A DNA stretch of 64,000 nt, taken from assembly GCA_964523545.1 (NCBI GenBank), contig CAZFZM010000005.1:31805-95804 (forward strand), in the 5' to 3' direction. Positions 50,766 to 59,277 of the stretch are shown in pieces. The position numbers and the translations under genes were made by a program. Origin of the DNA: an uncultured Thermotogae bacterium (lineage in GTDB: Bacteria > Bipolaricaulota > Bipolaricaulia > UBA7950 > UBA9294). The notes under the pieces were generated by a model. The model did not search any database and was not told where the DNA came from. It saw nothing but the letters and a program-made list of their open reading frames with translations. Each line of letters begins with the position of its first letter. Within the stretch, counting starts at the first letter, position 1.

Positions 50766-53714
50766 GTGAGAAGCCTTGTCTTGTGCCTGGCATTGGGGTG
50801 CCTTTCGCTTTCAGTATTCGCTGCTCCGACGTTTACCGATCAGAGCGTGGAGGCAGGGCATCTCAACCCCGGGGACACGGAGATAGCCGTTCAGACGGTC
50901 CGAGTGACGGGTGACTCTACCCACGCTACGGACTTCAATGCGATCCAGATCCGCAATGGCGGGACCGCTACGTATCAGCAGATCACTCGAATCGAAGTCC
51001 GAGACGGCGGGACCACAATCGCTGCAATGGACACACCGATCGGTCTGACCTCGCAGAGTGGAGTGACGATCGCGACGACCCATTCGCTGCCGGCGGGAGA
51101 TACCGAGGATCTCCGGATACTGGTGTGGGTAGGGGATACGAGTGCGGTTCAGGGCGGCGAGACGCTGCAGTTCGAGGTTAGGTTCCACTACTACCTGAAT
51201 GGTACGGCGGGAACGAGCCGATGGATTGCGGATGGCCAGGATGAAGACATAACGCATACCGGCTTCGAAAACATCAACGACTCCTCACCGGCCGCGAACA
51301 ACTACAACCCCGGTGACGAAGGGACAGTCCAGCGAGTGAGCTTCAGGGACGAGGACGCGAACACGTCGGACCAGACCGTGACGACCGTGCTGATTCAGAA
51401 CACGGGAACGGCCACCGCCGACGACTTGGAGAGTCTGACAGTTGCTATCACGCATGGCGGAGGCACGTGGCAAGAGACGAAAACGACCGGGCTGGCCGCC
51501 TGGAAGAACGGAGGCATCGTCTTCGATCCTCCCGACATTCTCATCGGTGATGAGGACCAGCTCACCGTGGAGGTCGATGTCGAAATCGCTGCTCCTACTC
51601 CTACCGTTCCGACTGACAACCACACGATACGCACGAGGACAACGCTGAACGTAACCGAGAATGCGCAGGCTTTCAGTCAAGAGGTCGTCGCCTCGACGAC
51701 ACAACGGATACGAAAGGCAGGGCTTGAGGAGGTCGAGGACGACAGCACGATCCCTCCTTCTGGTGTGCTCAATCCGAATGAAACGCTGACTCAGAAGATC
51801 ATCGTCCGCGATCGGGACATCAACGCAGAGCGGGTCAACGTTACGCGCCTCTGGGTGCGTAACCTCGGAACTGCGGCCGAGACCGAAATCGAGAGGATCA
51901 TCGTGCGAAGCGGCGGCGCGCCGCTCGGTACGTTCACCGGAGCTCAGATCGCTCCATTCCTGACGGGGGTGTGGCTGGATATCACGGACGTGCTCGTCGC
52001 CAATGAGGGAGACCGCACGTTCTTCATCGAGTACGAGATTGCCTCCAGCCAGACTCTTCAGCCGCAGGTGAAGCTGGAGTGCAACGAGGACGGAAACGTC
52101 TATACCACCCTTCCGGTTGACTATCCCGCTCCGGTCACATTGTACGGAGCAGGACTGGAGATCCTCGAAAACGAGAACCTGACGACAGAGACGGTCTATT
52201 CATTCCAGAGGTTCTGTGCTCAGAAAATCCGCATGGAGGACCTCGACGAGAACACCAACTCGGTCACGGTGAACCCTGTGGTGTGCAAGAACCAAGGGAC
52301 TGCCGCCGACAGCGAGATTGCCAGGATCGAAGTGCGGAACGCGGACGGGGCTCTGCTGGGAGAGACAACTGAGATCGGAGGGTTCAACGCAGGTGGCGTG
52401 ACGATTCCGACATTGAGCAACAACGCCGTCTCCGATGACTCGGAGGGGTACCTCTGGATCTGGGTTACTCTGGCGGGGACAGAAGACACAGTCGCGGGCC
52501 ATACGGTCGAACTGCAGACGACGGTTTTCCACACCGAGGGAGGAACCTCCTACAACCGAGCGGTCCAAGGAAATCCATGGACGATCGCTCTTAACAATCG
52601 TCCGGTGCCGGACTTCACCTTCGAGGAGGCGGCCGCTCCGGCGTCGGTCCGGCCGATGGCCGACTTCACCTACGAGGACACGATCCAGTTCAACGGGACG
52701 GCGACCGACCCGGACGGCGACGACATCGTCGAGTGGCACTGGGACTTCGGAGATGGGAACACCTCGGACGAGCAGAACCCGACGCACCAATATCCGAACG
52801 GAGGGACGTTCGACGTGACCCTGACGGTGACCGACGAGCACGGCGTGACCGGTTCGGTGACGAAGACGATCGAGGTCGAGGGGCCGCCGAACGAGGAGCC
52901 GACGATCGACGAGCTGACGGCCGATCCGGAGAACCCGGCGGTCGATCAGGACGTCGAGTTCGCCGTGACGGTGACGGATCCCGATCAGCCCGCCGGAACG
53001 GCGTTCGGCTACGAATGGGACTTCGGCGACGAGGCGACGAGCACCGTCGCGAATCCGACGCACAGCTACGACGAGGAAGGGACCTACACGGTGACGGTGA
53101 CCGTCACGGACGCGCAGGGGGCGACGGACACGGCGACGATCGACGTCACCGTCGGGAACGACCCGCCGACGTTGACCGGAGTCACCGCGAATCCGGCGAC
53201 CGCAGGCACCGGGGACGAGGTCGCCTTCACCGCCACCGGCTACGACGATCCGGACGACGACGCGGTCGGCCACTACGAGTGGGACTTCGACGACGGGACG
53301 ACGACGGAGACCGACGGAGCGACGGCCAACCACATCTTCGCGACGCCCGGCACGTACACCGTCTCGGTGGTCGCAGTGGACGAGCGTGGCACCGAGAGCG
53401 CGGCGGTGACCGTGCAGGTGACCGTGACCGGCCCGGCGCGGACGATCCTGTTCGCCTTCCCGAACCCGGCGGAGACCAACGCGACGTTCAACTACTTCCT
53501 GCCCGACGGGGCGACCGATCCGGTCCTTCGGATCTACGGCCTGCTCGGCGAGTTGGTCTTCGAGCAGGAGCTTCAGGAGGACGGAACGCCCTTCGTGTGG
53601 GATCTCCGCACGGCCGGGGGGGACAGGTTGCCGAACGGCCTCTACTTCTGCGTCGTCACGGTGACGGGAGCGAACCGGTCGGCGGTCTTCCGCCTGCTGA
53701 TCGACCGCCAATAG
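50766..53714 (+). CDS. secreted protein: four uncharacterised ~140-aa tandem modules, three PKD domains, T9SS/FlgD-Ig-like CTD
   Basis: GTG 50766 lies 5 nt after GGAGG. Signal peptide LVLCLALGCLSLSVFAAP. The modules share ..V.V.D.D.N...V..I.V.N.GTA....I..I.VR.G. PKD cores WDFGDG, WDFGDE and WDFDDG are present. Confidence 0.85.
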   Translation: MRSLVLCLALGCLSLSVFAAPTFTDQSVEAGHLNPGDTEIAVQTVRVTGDSTHATDFNAIQIRNGGTATYQQITRIEVRDGGTTIAAMDTPIGLTSQSGVTIATTHSLPAGDTEDLRILVWVGDTSAVQGGETLQFEVRFHYYLNGTAGTSRWIADGQDEDITHTGFENINDSSPAANNYNPGDEGTVQRVSFRDEDANTSDQTVTTVLIQNTGTATADDLESLTVAITHGGGTWQETKTTGLAAWKNGGIVFDPPDILIGDEDQLTVEVDVEIAAPTPTVPTDNHTIRTRTTLNVTENAQAFSQEVVASTTQRIRKAGLEEVEDDSTIPPSGVLNPNETLTQKIIVRDRDINAERVNVTRLWVRNLGTAAETEIERIIVRSGGAPLGTFTGAQIAPFLTGVWLDITDVLVANEGDRTFFIEYEIASSQTLQPQVKLECNEDGNVYTTLPVDYPAPVTLYGAGLEILENENLTTETVYSFQRFCAQKIRMEDLDENTNSVTVNPVVCKNQGTAADSEIARIEVRNADGALLGETTEIGGFNAGGVTIPTLSNNAVSDDSEGYLWIWVTLAGTEDTVAGHTVELQTTVFHTEGGTSYNRAVQGNPWTIALNNRPVPDFTFEEAAAPASVRPMADFTYEDTIQFNGTATDPDGDDIVEWHWDFGDGNTSDEQNPTHQYPNGGTFDVTLTVTDEHGVTGSVTKTIEVEGPPNEEPTIDELTADPENPAVDQDVEFAVTVTDPDQPAGTAFGYEWDFGDEATSTVANPTHSYDEEGTYTVTVTVTDAQGATDTATIDVTVGNDPPTLTGVTANPATAGTGDEVAFTATGYDDPDDDAVGHYEWDFDDGTTTETDGATANHIFATPGTYTVSVVAVDERGTESAAVTVQVTVTGPARTILFAFPNPAETNATFNYFLPDGATDPVLRIYGLLGELVFEQELQEDGTPFVWDLRTAGGDRLPNGLYFCVVTVTGANRSAVFRLLIDRQ
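50859..52595 (+). repeat. four tandem coding repeats of an unrecognised ~140-150-aa module
   Basis: Approximate units, in track-ORF numbering: aa 52-190, 199-340, 353-485 and 495-630. Aligned by eye on NPGD/NPNE ... N.GTA ... I.RIEVR anchors. Confidence 0.65.
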
Positions 53715-53726
53715 GAGGGAACGACT

Positions 53727-54680
53727 GTGAAACGGACCAAGATCGTTGTGATGGTGGCCCTCCTCAGCGTGGGGCTGGGCCTTGCGGGGGGCGCGCAGCA
53801 GGCGCAGACCGTCTTTGAGATCGAACCGGGCGTCGGCATGCTTGGAGCGGCCGCCGCGGGGCTCTCCATCGTCAGCGGAGCGGAGACGCTCTACTACAAT
53901 CCGGCGAGCCTCTCCGAGCTTTCGGGGATCAGCTTCAGCTCGTTCTACGCCTCGTACTTGGGACAGGCGAGCTACTCGGCGTTGGCCCTGACGTTTCGCA
54001 ACTGGGGCGTGGCGGCGCTGTTGCTGGGGTCGACGGGGATTCAGGGGTACGACGACGACGGGAATCCGACGGACACCCTCGCGTACCGAAACACGGGCTT
54101 CCTGTTCGGAGTCGGACTCGATCCGAGCGATCTCCCGTTCCTGCCGAGCTTCGCGATCGATATGTCGCTCGGCGCGCGGATCAAGATCCTGAGAGTGCGG
54201 TTGGGGGAAGCGACGGGGAGCGGCTTCTCCTTCGACCTCGGCTTTCGCACGGCCTTCCCCGACATGCATTTCGGCGGTTTCGGCGTTTCGGATGTCGCGT
54301 TGGGGGTCACGGCCGTCAACCTGTTCGGCGGGGTCGCCTACGACACGGCCGACGACAGCTTCCTGATGGACATTCAGATCGGCGTGTCGGCGTTGTTTGC
54401 TGAGATGGTCCGCGCGGCGTTCGACGTGCACCTCTCCGGGGCGGTCCATTTCGGCGTGATCTACGAGCCGATGCCGACCTTCGCATTGCGCTTCGGAGTG
54501 ATCTCCCGGGACGGTGTGTCGGTGACCGCCGGCCTCGGCATCAACGTGGAAGGATTCCTGCTCGACTACGCGTACGTCACGCACACGCTCGGCGGGACGC
54601 ACCGCGTCTCGCTCACGCTCGACTTCTCGAGCCTCGACGTCAGTGCGCTGAGTCGCTCGTTGAGGCGTCTCCTTCCGTGA
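53727..54680 (+). CDS. PorV/PorQ-like outer-membrane beta-barrel protein
   Basis: 317 aa with signal peptide. GVGMLGAAAAGLSIVSGAETLYYNPASLSEL resembles the PorV/PorQ N-terminal signature (GMGGA...A.yyNPAgL). Strand-like segments alternate throughout. Starts 13 nt after the preceding CTD-bearing gene. Confidence 0.6.
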   Translation: MKRTKIVVMVALLSVGLGLAGGAQQAQTVFEIEPGVGMLGAAAAGLSIVSGAETLYYNPASLSELSGISFSSFYASYLGQASYSALALTFRNWGVAALLLGSTGIQGYDDDGNPTDTLAYRNTGFLFGVGLDPSDLPFLPSFAIDMSLGARIKILRVRLGEATGSGFSFDLGFRTAFPDMHFGGFGVSDVALGVTAVNLFGGVAYDTADDSFLMDIQIGVSALFAEMVRAAFDVHLSGAVHFGVIYEPMPTFALRFGVISRDGVSVTAGLGINVEGFLLDYAYVTHTLGGTHRVSLTLDFSSLDVSALSRSLRRLLP

Positions 54681-54725
54681 CGGCCTAGCGGACGGTCACA
54701 GAGTACCCTCCTGAGGCGGCGCGAT

Positions 54726-54749
54726 CGGGAGAGCCGAAAGGTTCTCCCG
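54726..54749 (+). terminator. hairpin cgggaga-N10-tctcccg after the PorV-like gene
   Basis: 7-bp stem followed by attccctt. It lies between convergent genes. Confidence 0.3.
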
Positions 54750-54761
54750 ATTCCCTTCGGA

Positions 54762-55997
54762 TCAAAGGGCGACGCCCCATTCGTCCGCCAGAGCGTCGAA
54801 GCCGTCCTCGTCGATCGCGGCCCGGATTTCCGTCATTAGGCGAACGAGAAAACGGAGATTGTGCAGCGTCGCGAGGCGGTAGAAGGAGAACTCCCCCGCC
54901 CGACACAGGTGGCGGAGGTAGGCCCGCGAGTGGTGGCGACAGGTGAAGCAGTCGCAGGTCGGATCGATCGGGCGATCGTCGCGGGCGAACCGCGCGTTTC
55001 GCAGGTTGATCCGATGTCGGGCCGCCCCCTTGAGGAAGACGCTACCGTTTCGTGCGAGTCGGGTCGGGGAGGCGCAGTCGAACGTATCGACTCCGCGTCG
55101 CACCGCGGAGAACAGGTCCTCGATCTCCCCGATTCCGAGCAAGTGGCGCGGGCGCGGCTCGGGAAGCAGCGGGATCGTCCAGTCGAGCACCCGCAGCATC
55201 TCTTCCTTCGATCGGCCGAGCGATCCGCCGATCGCGTAGCCGGAGAAGTCCATCGCGCCGATGACGCGGGCGCTTTCCTCCCGTAGGTCGCGATACGCTC
55301 CACCCTGCACGATTCCGTACAAGCCTTGATGCGGATTCGGAAACGAAGGGTCCTCCTCGAGCAGCTCGAACGCCGAGATCCCACGCCGGGCCCAGCGGTG
55401 GGTCCGCTCCATCGCCCGCTTCGTGTACTCGTAGTCGTGGAGCGGGGACGTGCACTCATCGAGAACGAGGACGATGTCTGCTCCGAGCTTCCTCTGGATC
55501 GTGATCGTCGACTCCGGTGTGAAGGTATGGAGGGAGCCGTCGACGATCGAACGGAAGTCGGCCCCTCGTTCGGTCAGTCGGACGAGCGATCGACCGCTTC
55601 TGCTGCGGTGTCCGGAGGGAGACGCCGCGTTTTCCTCCCCGGGGAAGATCGAGGCGACCTTGCCGACGCCGTGCTCCTTGCCGGCACCGAGGCTGAACAC
55701 CTGGAAGCCTCCCGAATCGGTCATCGTCGGCCCGCTCCAACCGGAGAAGCCTTGGATCCCCCCGAGTGCGGCGACCGCGTCCTCGCCGGGACGCAAGTGC
55801 AGATGGTACGTGTTGGCGATGACGATCTGGATCCCGTGGTCGGCGAGCCCCTGCGGCTCGACCGCCTTGATCGTTGCCTGGGTCGCGACGCCGACGAACG
55901 CCGGTGTGCGGACGGTACCGTGGGCCGTCGCGAGTTCGCCGGAACGTGCAGGGGAGCCGGGGACGCGGTGGAGAACCGAAAACGAGACGGCGGGCAA
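54762..55997 (-). CDS. tgt: tRNA-guanine transglycosylase (queuine tRNA-ribosyltransferase)
   Basis: TTG start lies 5 nt after GGGAGG. ARSGEL.T.HG...TP.F..V.T...K, TDSGGFQV, and the zinc site CDC..C...SRAYL.HL. Confidence 0.9.
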   Translation of the reverse strand: MPAVSFSVLHRVPGSPARSGELATAHGTVRTPAFVGVATQATIKAVEPQGLADHGIQIVIANTYHLHLRPGEDAVAALGGIQGFSGWSGPTMTDSGGFQVFSLGAGKEHGVGKVASIFPGEENAASPSGHRSRSGRSLVRLTERGADFRSIVDGSLHTFTPESTITIQRKLGADIVLVLDECTSPLHDYEYTKRAMERTHRWARRGISAFELLEEDPSFPNPHQGLYGIVQGGAYRDLREESARVIGAMDFSGYAIGGSLGRSKEEMLRVLDWTIPLLPEPRPRHLLGIGEIEDLFSAVRRGVDTFDCASPTRLARNGSVFLKGAARHRINLRNARFARDDRPIDPTCDCFTCRHHSRAYLRHLCRAGEFSFYRLATLHNLRFLVRLMTEIRAAIDEDGFDALADEWGVAL

Positions 55998-56053
55998 TCG
56001 AACCTCCCAGACTCGGCGGTGCGGGAATCCTACCCGATGGCCTCGAACGGCCG

Positions 56054-57055
56054 CTAGTCGAGGGCGCGATACAGGGCGTCGTACTCGCAGGCGGGATGCC
56101 AGAACAGGTATCCATCGACCCCGGCGTCTTCGGCGGCGCGGATCTGCTCTTCGATGTACGTCTCGAGGCTCATCCCCGCTGGAAGGGCCAAGTCGAACGC
56201 CTGCAGGAACGGACGGTAGCTCGCGGAGACGCGGGCCTTCCCGGCGCGGAGCGCCTCGCTGACGACGCGGTACGGGTCGTCGCGGTACGCCTGCTCGGCG
56301 TAGTGCGACGGGTAGACCATCGGCGAAACGAAGTCGAGATGGGCGCTCATCTCTTCGAGAGATTGGCCGATCGGGTCGATCCGGCGCTCATTCCACGGCC
56401 AGAGAACCCTGCCGAACAGGTCGGCGGAGAGGGTGATCCGCCCGGCGAGGCGGCTCCTCGCCTCGGCGAGGAACCGGTCGACCGCCGCGTAGCGCTCCTC
56501 GTATCGCGCCTCCAGGCTGCCGACGTCGGCGTAGCGGATGTAGTCGAACTGCAGCTCGTCGAACCCGAGGGACGCGACCTCCTCGGCGATCGCCAGGTTG
56601 TATTCCACCGCGGACCGGTTGTCGACGTCGACCCATTCCTCCGCCGCACCGAGGTGTCGGGCGAGGAGCGGATCGTAGAACAGGACTTGGCGCGCGATGA
56701 CGTAGAACCCCCGCTCGCGCAGAACCTGAACGAGGGCGCGCAGATCGAGCCGACCTGTGGACGCGCCGAGTTCGACGGCGAGGGGGACCGCGCTGTCGTA
56801 GGTCACCTCGCCGTGCATGTTCTTGACGTTGATCACCACGGCGTCGATCTTCCCGGCCTTGCGGGCGGTGAAGATCCCCTCGACGACGTCGCGCTTCGTG
56901 AGCGCGTATGAGGTGAGATAGACCCCGACCCGGCCGTGGCCGTGAGGATTGTCGGGAGGCGGATCGCCCTGAGCTCCCGGGTTGGACGGATAAAACGCGA
57001 CGATGAGTGCGGTGAGGAGGACGGCGAAGCCGCCCAGGGTTCTGGCTCGGGTCAT
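56054..57055 (-). CDS. DUF4015 putative glycoside hydrolase (TIM-barrel)
   Basis: 333 aa with signal anchor. IDAVVINVKNMHGEVTYDS...FYVIARQVLFYD...LGFDELQFDYIRY matches the DUF4015 pattern. Confidence 0.7.
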   Translation of the reverse strand: MTRARTLGGFAVLLTALIVAFYPSNPGAQGDPPPDNPHGHGRVGVYLTSYALTKRDVVEGIFTARKAGKIDAVVINVKNMHGEVTYDSAVPLAVELGASTGRLDLRALVQVLRERGFYVIARQVLFYDPLLARHLGAAEEWVDVDNRSAVEYNLAIAEEVASLGFDELQFDYIRYADVGSLEARYEERYAAVDRFLAEARSRLAGRITLSADLFGRVLWPWNERRIDPIGQSLEEMSAHLDFVSPMVYPSHYAEQAYRDDPYRVVSEALRAGKARVSASYRPFLQAFDLALPAGMSLETYIEEQIRAAEDAGVDGYLFWHPACEYDALYRALD

Positions 57056-57274
57056 TTCCCCCTCAGGGTATTCGATTCGACCGCGTCACAACGTCGTAAG
57101 GGTTTGCAGATCGGGGGACGTCGGACACGTTTCGGCTGGACGGTGTCGCGGGGCGTCGCTTCACCGGAATGCCACACGGTGTTCATCCTCGCCTCAAGGA
57201 GGATCGGTAGACTGAACGGCAGAAGGGAACGGATTTCGTAGCGTTGGTCGGTGTGTCGGTGTGACGGGGGGCGG

Positions 57275-57280
57275 TATAAT
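57275..57280 (+). promoter_or_regulatory. perfect TATAAT box upstream of CDS 57342
   Basis: ggcggTATAATggcc. No convincing -35 at 16-18 nt. Confidence 0.3.
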
Positions 57281-57341
57281 GGCCGCAAGGGTGCGTTCGT
57301 CAGCACGTCGGGTGGTGCACCGTGCAAAGGAGACACTTCAC

Positions 57342-59264
57342 ATGAGACGGATAGGGATGGTCGCTTTGGTTCTGGCCACCGTGGCGGGCGTCGCGGTGGC
57401 GGGCTTCGGCGCGTCGAGGGGCCCGATCACGATCCTTGGAAACGGAGATTTCACGGAGGAGAACGGGGTTCTTTCGGGCAGCGGGACGGCCGCGGATCCG
57501 TACGTGATCGCGGGTTGGGAGATCGGCGTGCCGGAGGGTGCGTCCTACGGGGTGCTGATCGAGAACGTGACCGCGGCGTTCGTCCTCCGCGGATTGATCA
57601 TCAGCGGTGCGGGCGAACTCGACGGTGCGGCGATGCGCATCGCGTTCGCCGCAGGAGGCTTGATCGAGGGGTGCACGATCGGCAGCTCGGTGAACGGGAT
57701 CGAGATCGCTTCGTCGACCGACGTGACGCTTCGCAACAACGTCCTCTACGCGCGCGGCATCGGCCTGAGGGTCACCGGAGAATCGCCGGCGGAGTACCGG
57801 CACGCGATCGAGCCGTCGAATCAGCTGAACGACTTCCCGATTCACTACTACTACGGCCTCGACGGCGACCGGATCGAGGGGATCGAGACCCGGCACCTCA
57901 CGGTGGCGGCGAGCCGGAACGTGACCGTGATCGGCAATTCGGTCCTCGACGGCGACGGGATCCACCTGGCTTACGTCACCGATTCGACGGTGACCGCGAA
58001 CGTTGCCGGCCGCAACAACAACGTGTTGACGGAGCACGCGATCTACCTGTACGAGTCGGAGCGCGTCGCCGTGACGGCGAATCTGCTGAAGAACGCGCGC
58101 CGCGCCGGCGTCCAATTGACGCTGTCCACCGAGAACGAGATCCGAGGCAACTACTTCGGCGTAGACGACACCGGAGTCCGTCTGATCGGATCGAGCGGCA
58201 ACTTCATCACCGAGAACGAGCTGCTCGGTTGCTTCACCGCCGTCTGGCTCCTCGGAGGGTCCGACGACAACCGCATCGAGGGGAACATCGTCGTCGGAAA
58301 AGTGAGCGCCGACGGCGACCGAAGGCAGGGGATCGTCCTCGACTTGGCGTCCGGAAACCGGATCGAGCGGAACGCGCTCACCGAGTGCGAGATAGGGATC
58401 ACCCTCGAGGCGGTCGCGAGCCGCAACGAAATCATCGACAACACGATCGTCGCGGGCGGGTATGGGATCTTCGTCTCCGGCTCGTACAACGAGATCGGAG
58501 GGAACCTCGTGACGCAACAGGCGCGGGGGATTCTGTTCCCCGAGACGTACGGCCAGTCGATCACACGAGGAAACAGGTTCACTGCGAACGTCCTCGGAGA
58601 CAACCGGCATCACCTCTACACGAATCTCGACTGCGAGTCGAACGTGTTCACCGAAAACGTCTTCCTTGGTGACGCGCTCACCCTCGTCTCGGATCGCGGG
58701 ACCGGGAACCGTTGGGCGGACTCCGGGATCGGGAACTACTGGGGCAACGTGCACGTCGAAGACGCTGACGGCGACGGCCTCGGTGACGCCGCGATCACGA
58801 TCTATCCCGCGGGCGTCCAGGACGACGCGCCGCTGGCGTCGCTCGATCCGGCCGAGTTGAGGATCGGCGTCCTCGGGACGCTCCCGGCCGAGACGGTCCG
58901 TGTCGACCGAGGCGACGGAACGATCGTCGAGATCGACGCGCTGATCGCCGAATCGGGATCGCAGCGCTGGACCGGTTTCCGCGGCTTCCCCGCGGCGCTC
59001 CTCGACGGCTTCCCCGCGATTCTGTTCGTCTTCGAGACGGAGGCCGAGCTTCGGTTCACGATGGTGACCGTTCCGTTCGACCTCGACGTCGCGTTCTTCG
59101 ATGCCGCGGGAGGGATCGTCGGGACCACGACGATGACCGCGTTGTCAGAGGACCTGTACACGGCGACGGGGCCGTTCCAGTATGCGCTTGAGCTGCCGAG
59201 CGGCGTGCTGGAAGAGCTGTCGATCGGGGAGGACGCGACGCTGGTTCTCCCCGTCGAAGACTGA
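57342..59264 (+). CDS. NosD-like right-handed beta-helix protein fused to C-terminal DUF192
   Basis: ATG follows AAGGAG. N-terminal anchor. ITILGNGDFT..NG..GSGT..DPYVIAGWEI is paralogous to CDS 41257. Many N.I..N turns and GNYWGNVHVEDADGDGLGD. The last ~135 aa (..QRWTGFRGF...GFPAILFVFE....FTMVTVPFDLDVAFFDAAGGIV) fit DUF192/UPF0127. Confidence 0.8.
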   Translation: MRRIGMVALVLATVAGVAVAGFGASRGPITILGNGDFTEENGVLSGSGTAADPYVIAGWEIGVPEGASYGVLIENVTAAFVLRGLIISGAGELDGAAMRIAFAAGGLIEGCTIGSSVNGIEIASSTDVTLRNNVLYARGIGLRVTGESPAEYRHAIEPSNQLNDFPIHYYYGLDGDRIEGIETRHLTVAASRNVTVIGNSVLDGDGIHLAYVTDSTVTANVAGRNNNVLTEHAIYLYESERVAVTANLLKNARRAGVQLTLSTENEIRGNYFGVDDTGVRLIGSSGNFITENELLGCFTAVWLLGGSDDNRIEGNIVVGKVSADGDRRQGIVLDLASGNRIERNALTECEIGITLEAVASRNEIIDNTIVAGGYGIFVSGSYNEIGGNLVTQQARGILFPETYGQSITRGNRFTANVLGDNRHHLYTNLDCESNVFTENVFLGDALTLVSDRGTGNRWADSGIGNYWGNVHVEDADGDGLGDAAITIYPAGVQDDAPLASLDPAELRIGVLGTLPAETVRVDRGDGTIVEIDALIAESGSQRWTGFRGFPAALLDGFPAILFVFETEAELRFTMVTVPFDLDVAFFDAAGGIVGTTTMTALSEDLYTATGPFQYALELPSGVLEELSIGEDATLVLPVED

Positions 59265-59277
59265 ACGGGGAGCTTCC

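Larger units (their letters stand above)
44598..52620. other. compositionally atypical segment (lower G+C, A/T-ending and AGA/AGG codons)
   Basis: Hand counts of single 60-nt lines: 50% (46621), 52% (47101) and 55% (51601), against 73% at 40441 and 53101. Intergenic gaps are long. No mobility genes are present. Confidence 0.5.

Noticed and set aside
52653-53440. Periodic DNA similarity here and at 26089..27963, considered as a possible CRISPR array or satellite.
   Set aside because: The repeats are ~270-nt PKD-domain coding units in a continuous ORF, with no short identical repeats or spacers. No CRISPR array is present in the window.
52200-54602. 800-aa minus-strand ORF antisense to the PKD/CTD region and the PorV-like gene.
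   Set aside because: Same reasoning. It is an Arg/Gly/Asp-rich nonsense translation spanning two well-supported plus-strand genes and their intergenic gap.
44598-54680. The low-GC surface-protein region, considered as an integrative mobile element.
   Set aside because: No integrase, transposase, excisionase, conjugation or phage genes were seen, nor a flanking tRNA or direct repeats detectable by eye. I kept it as a compositional anomaly only.
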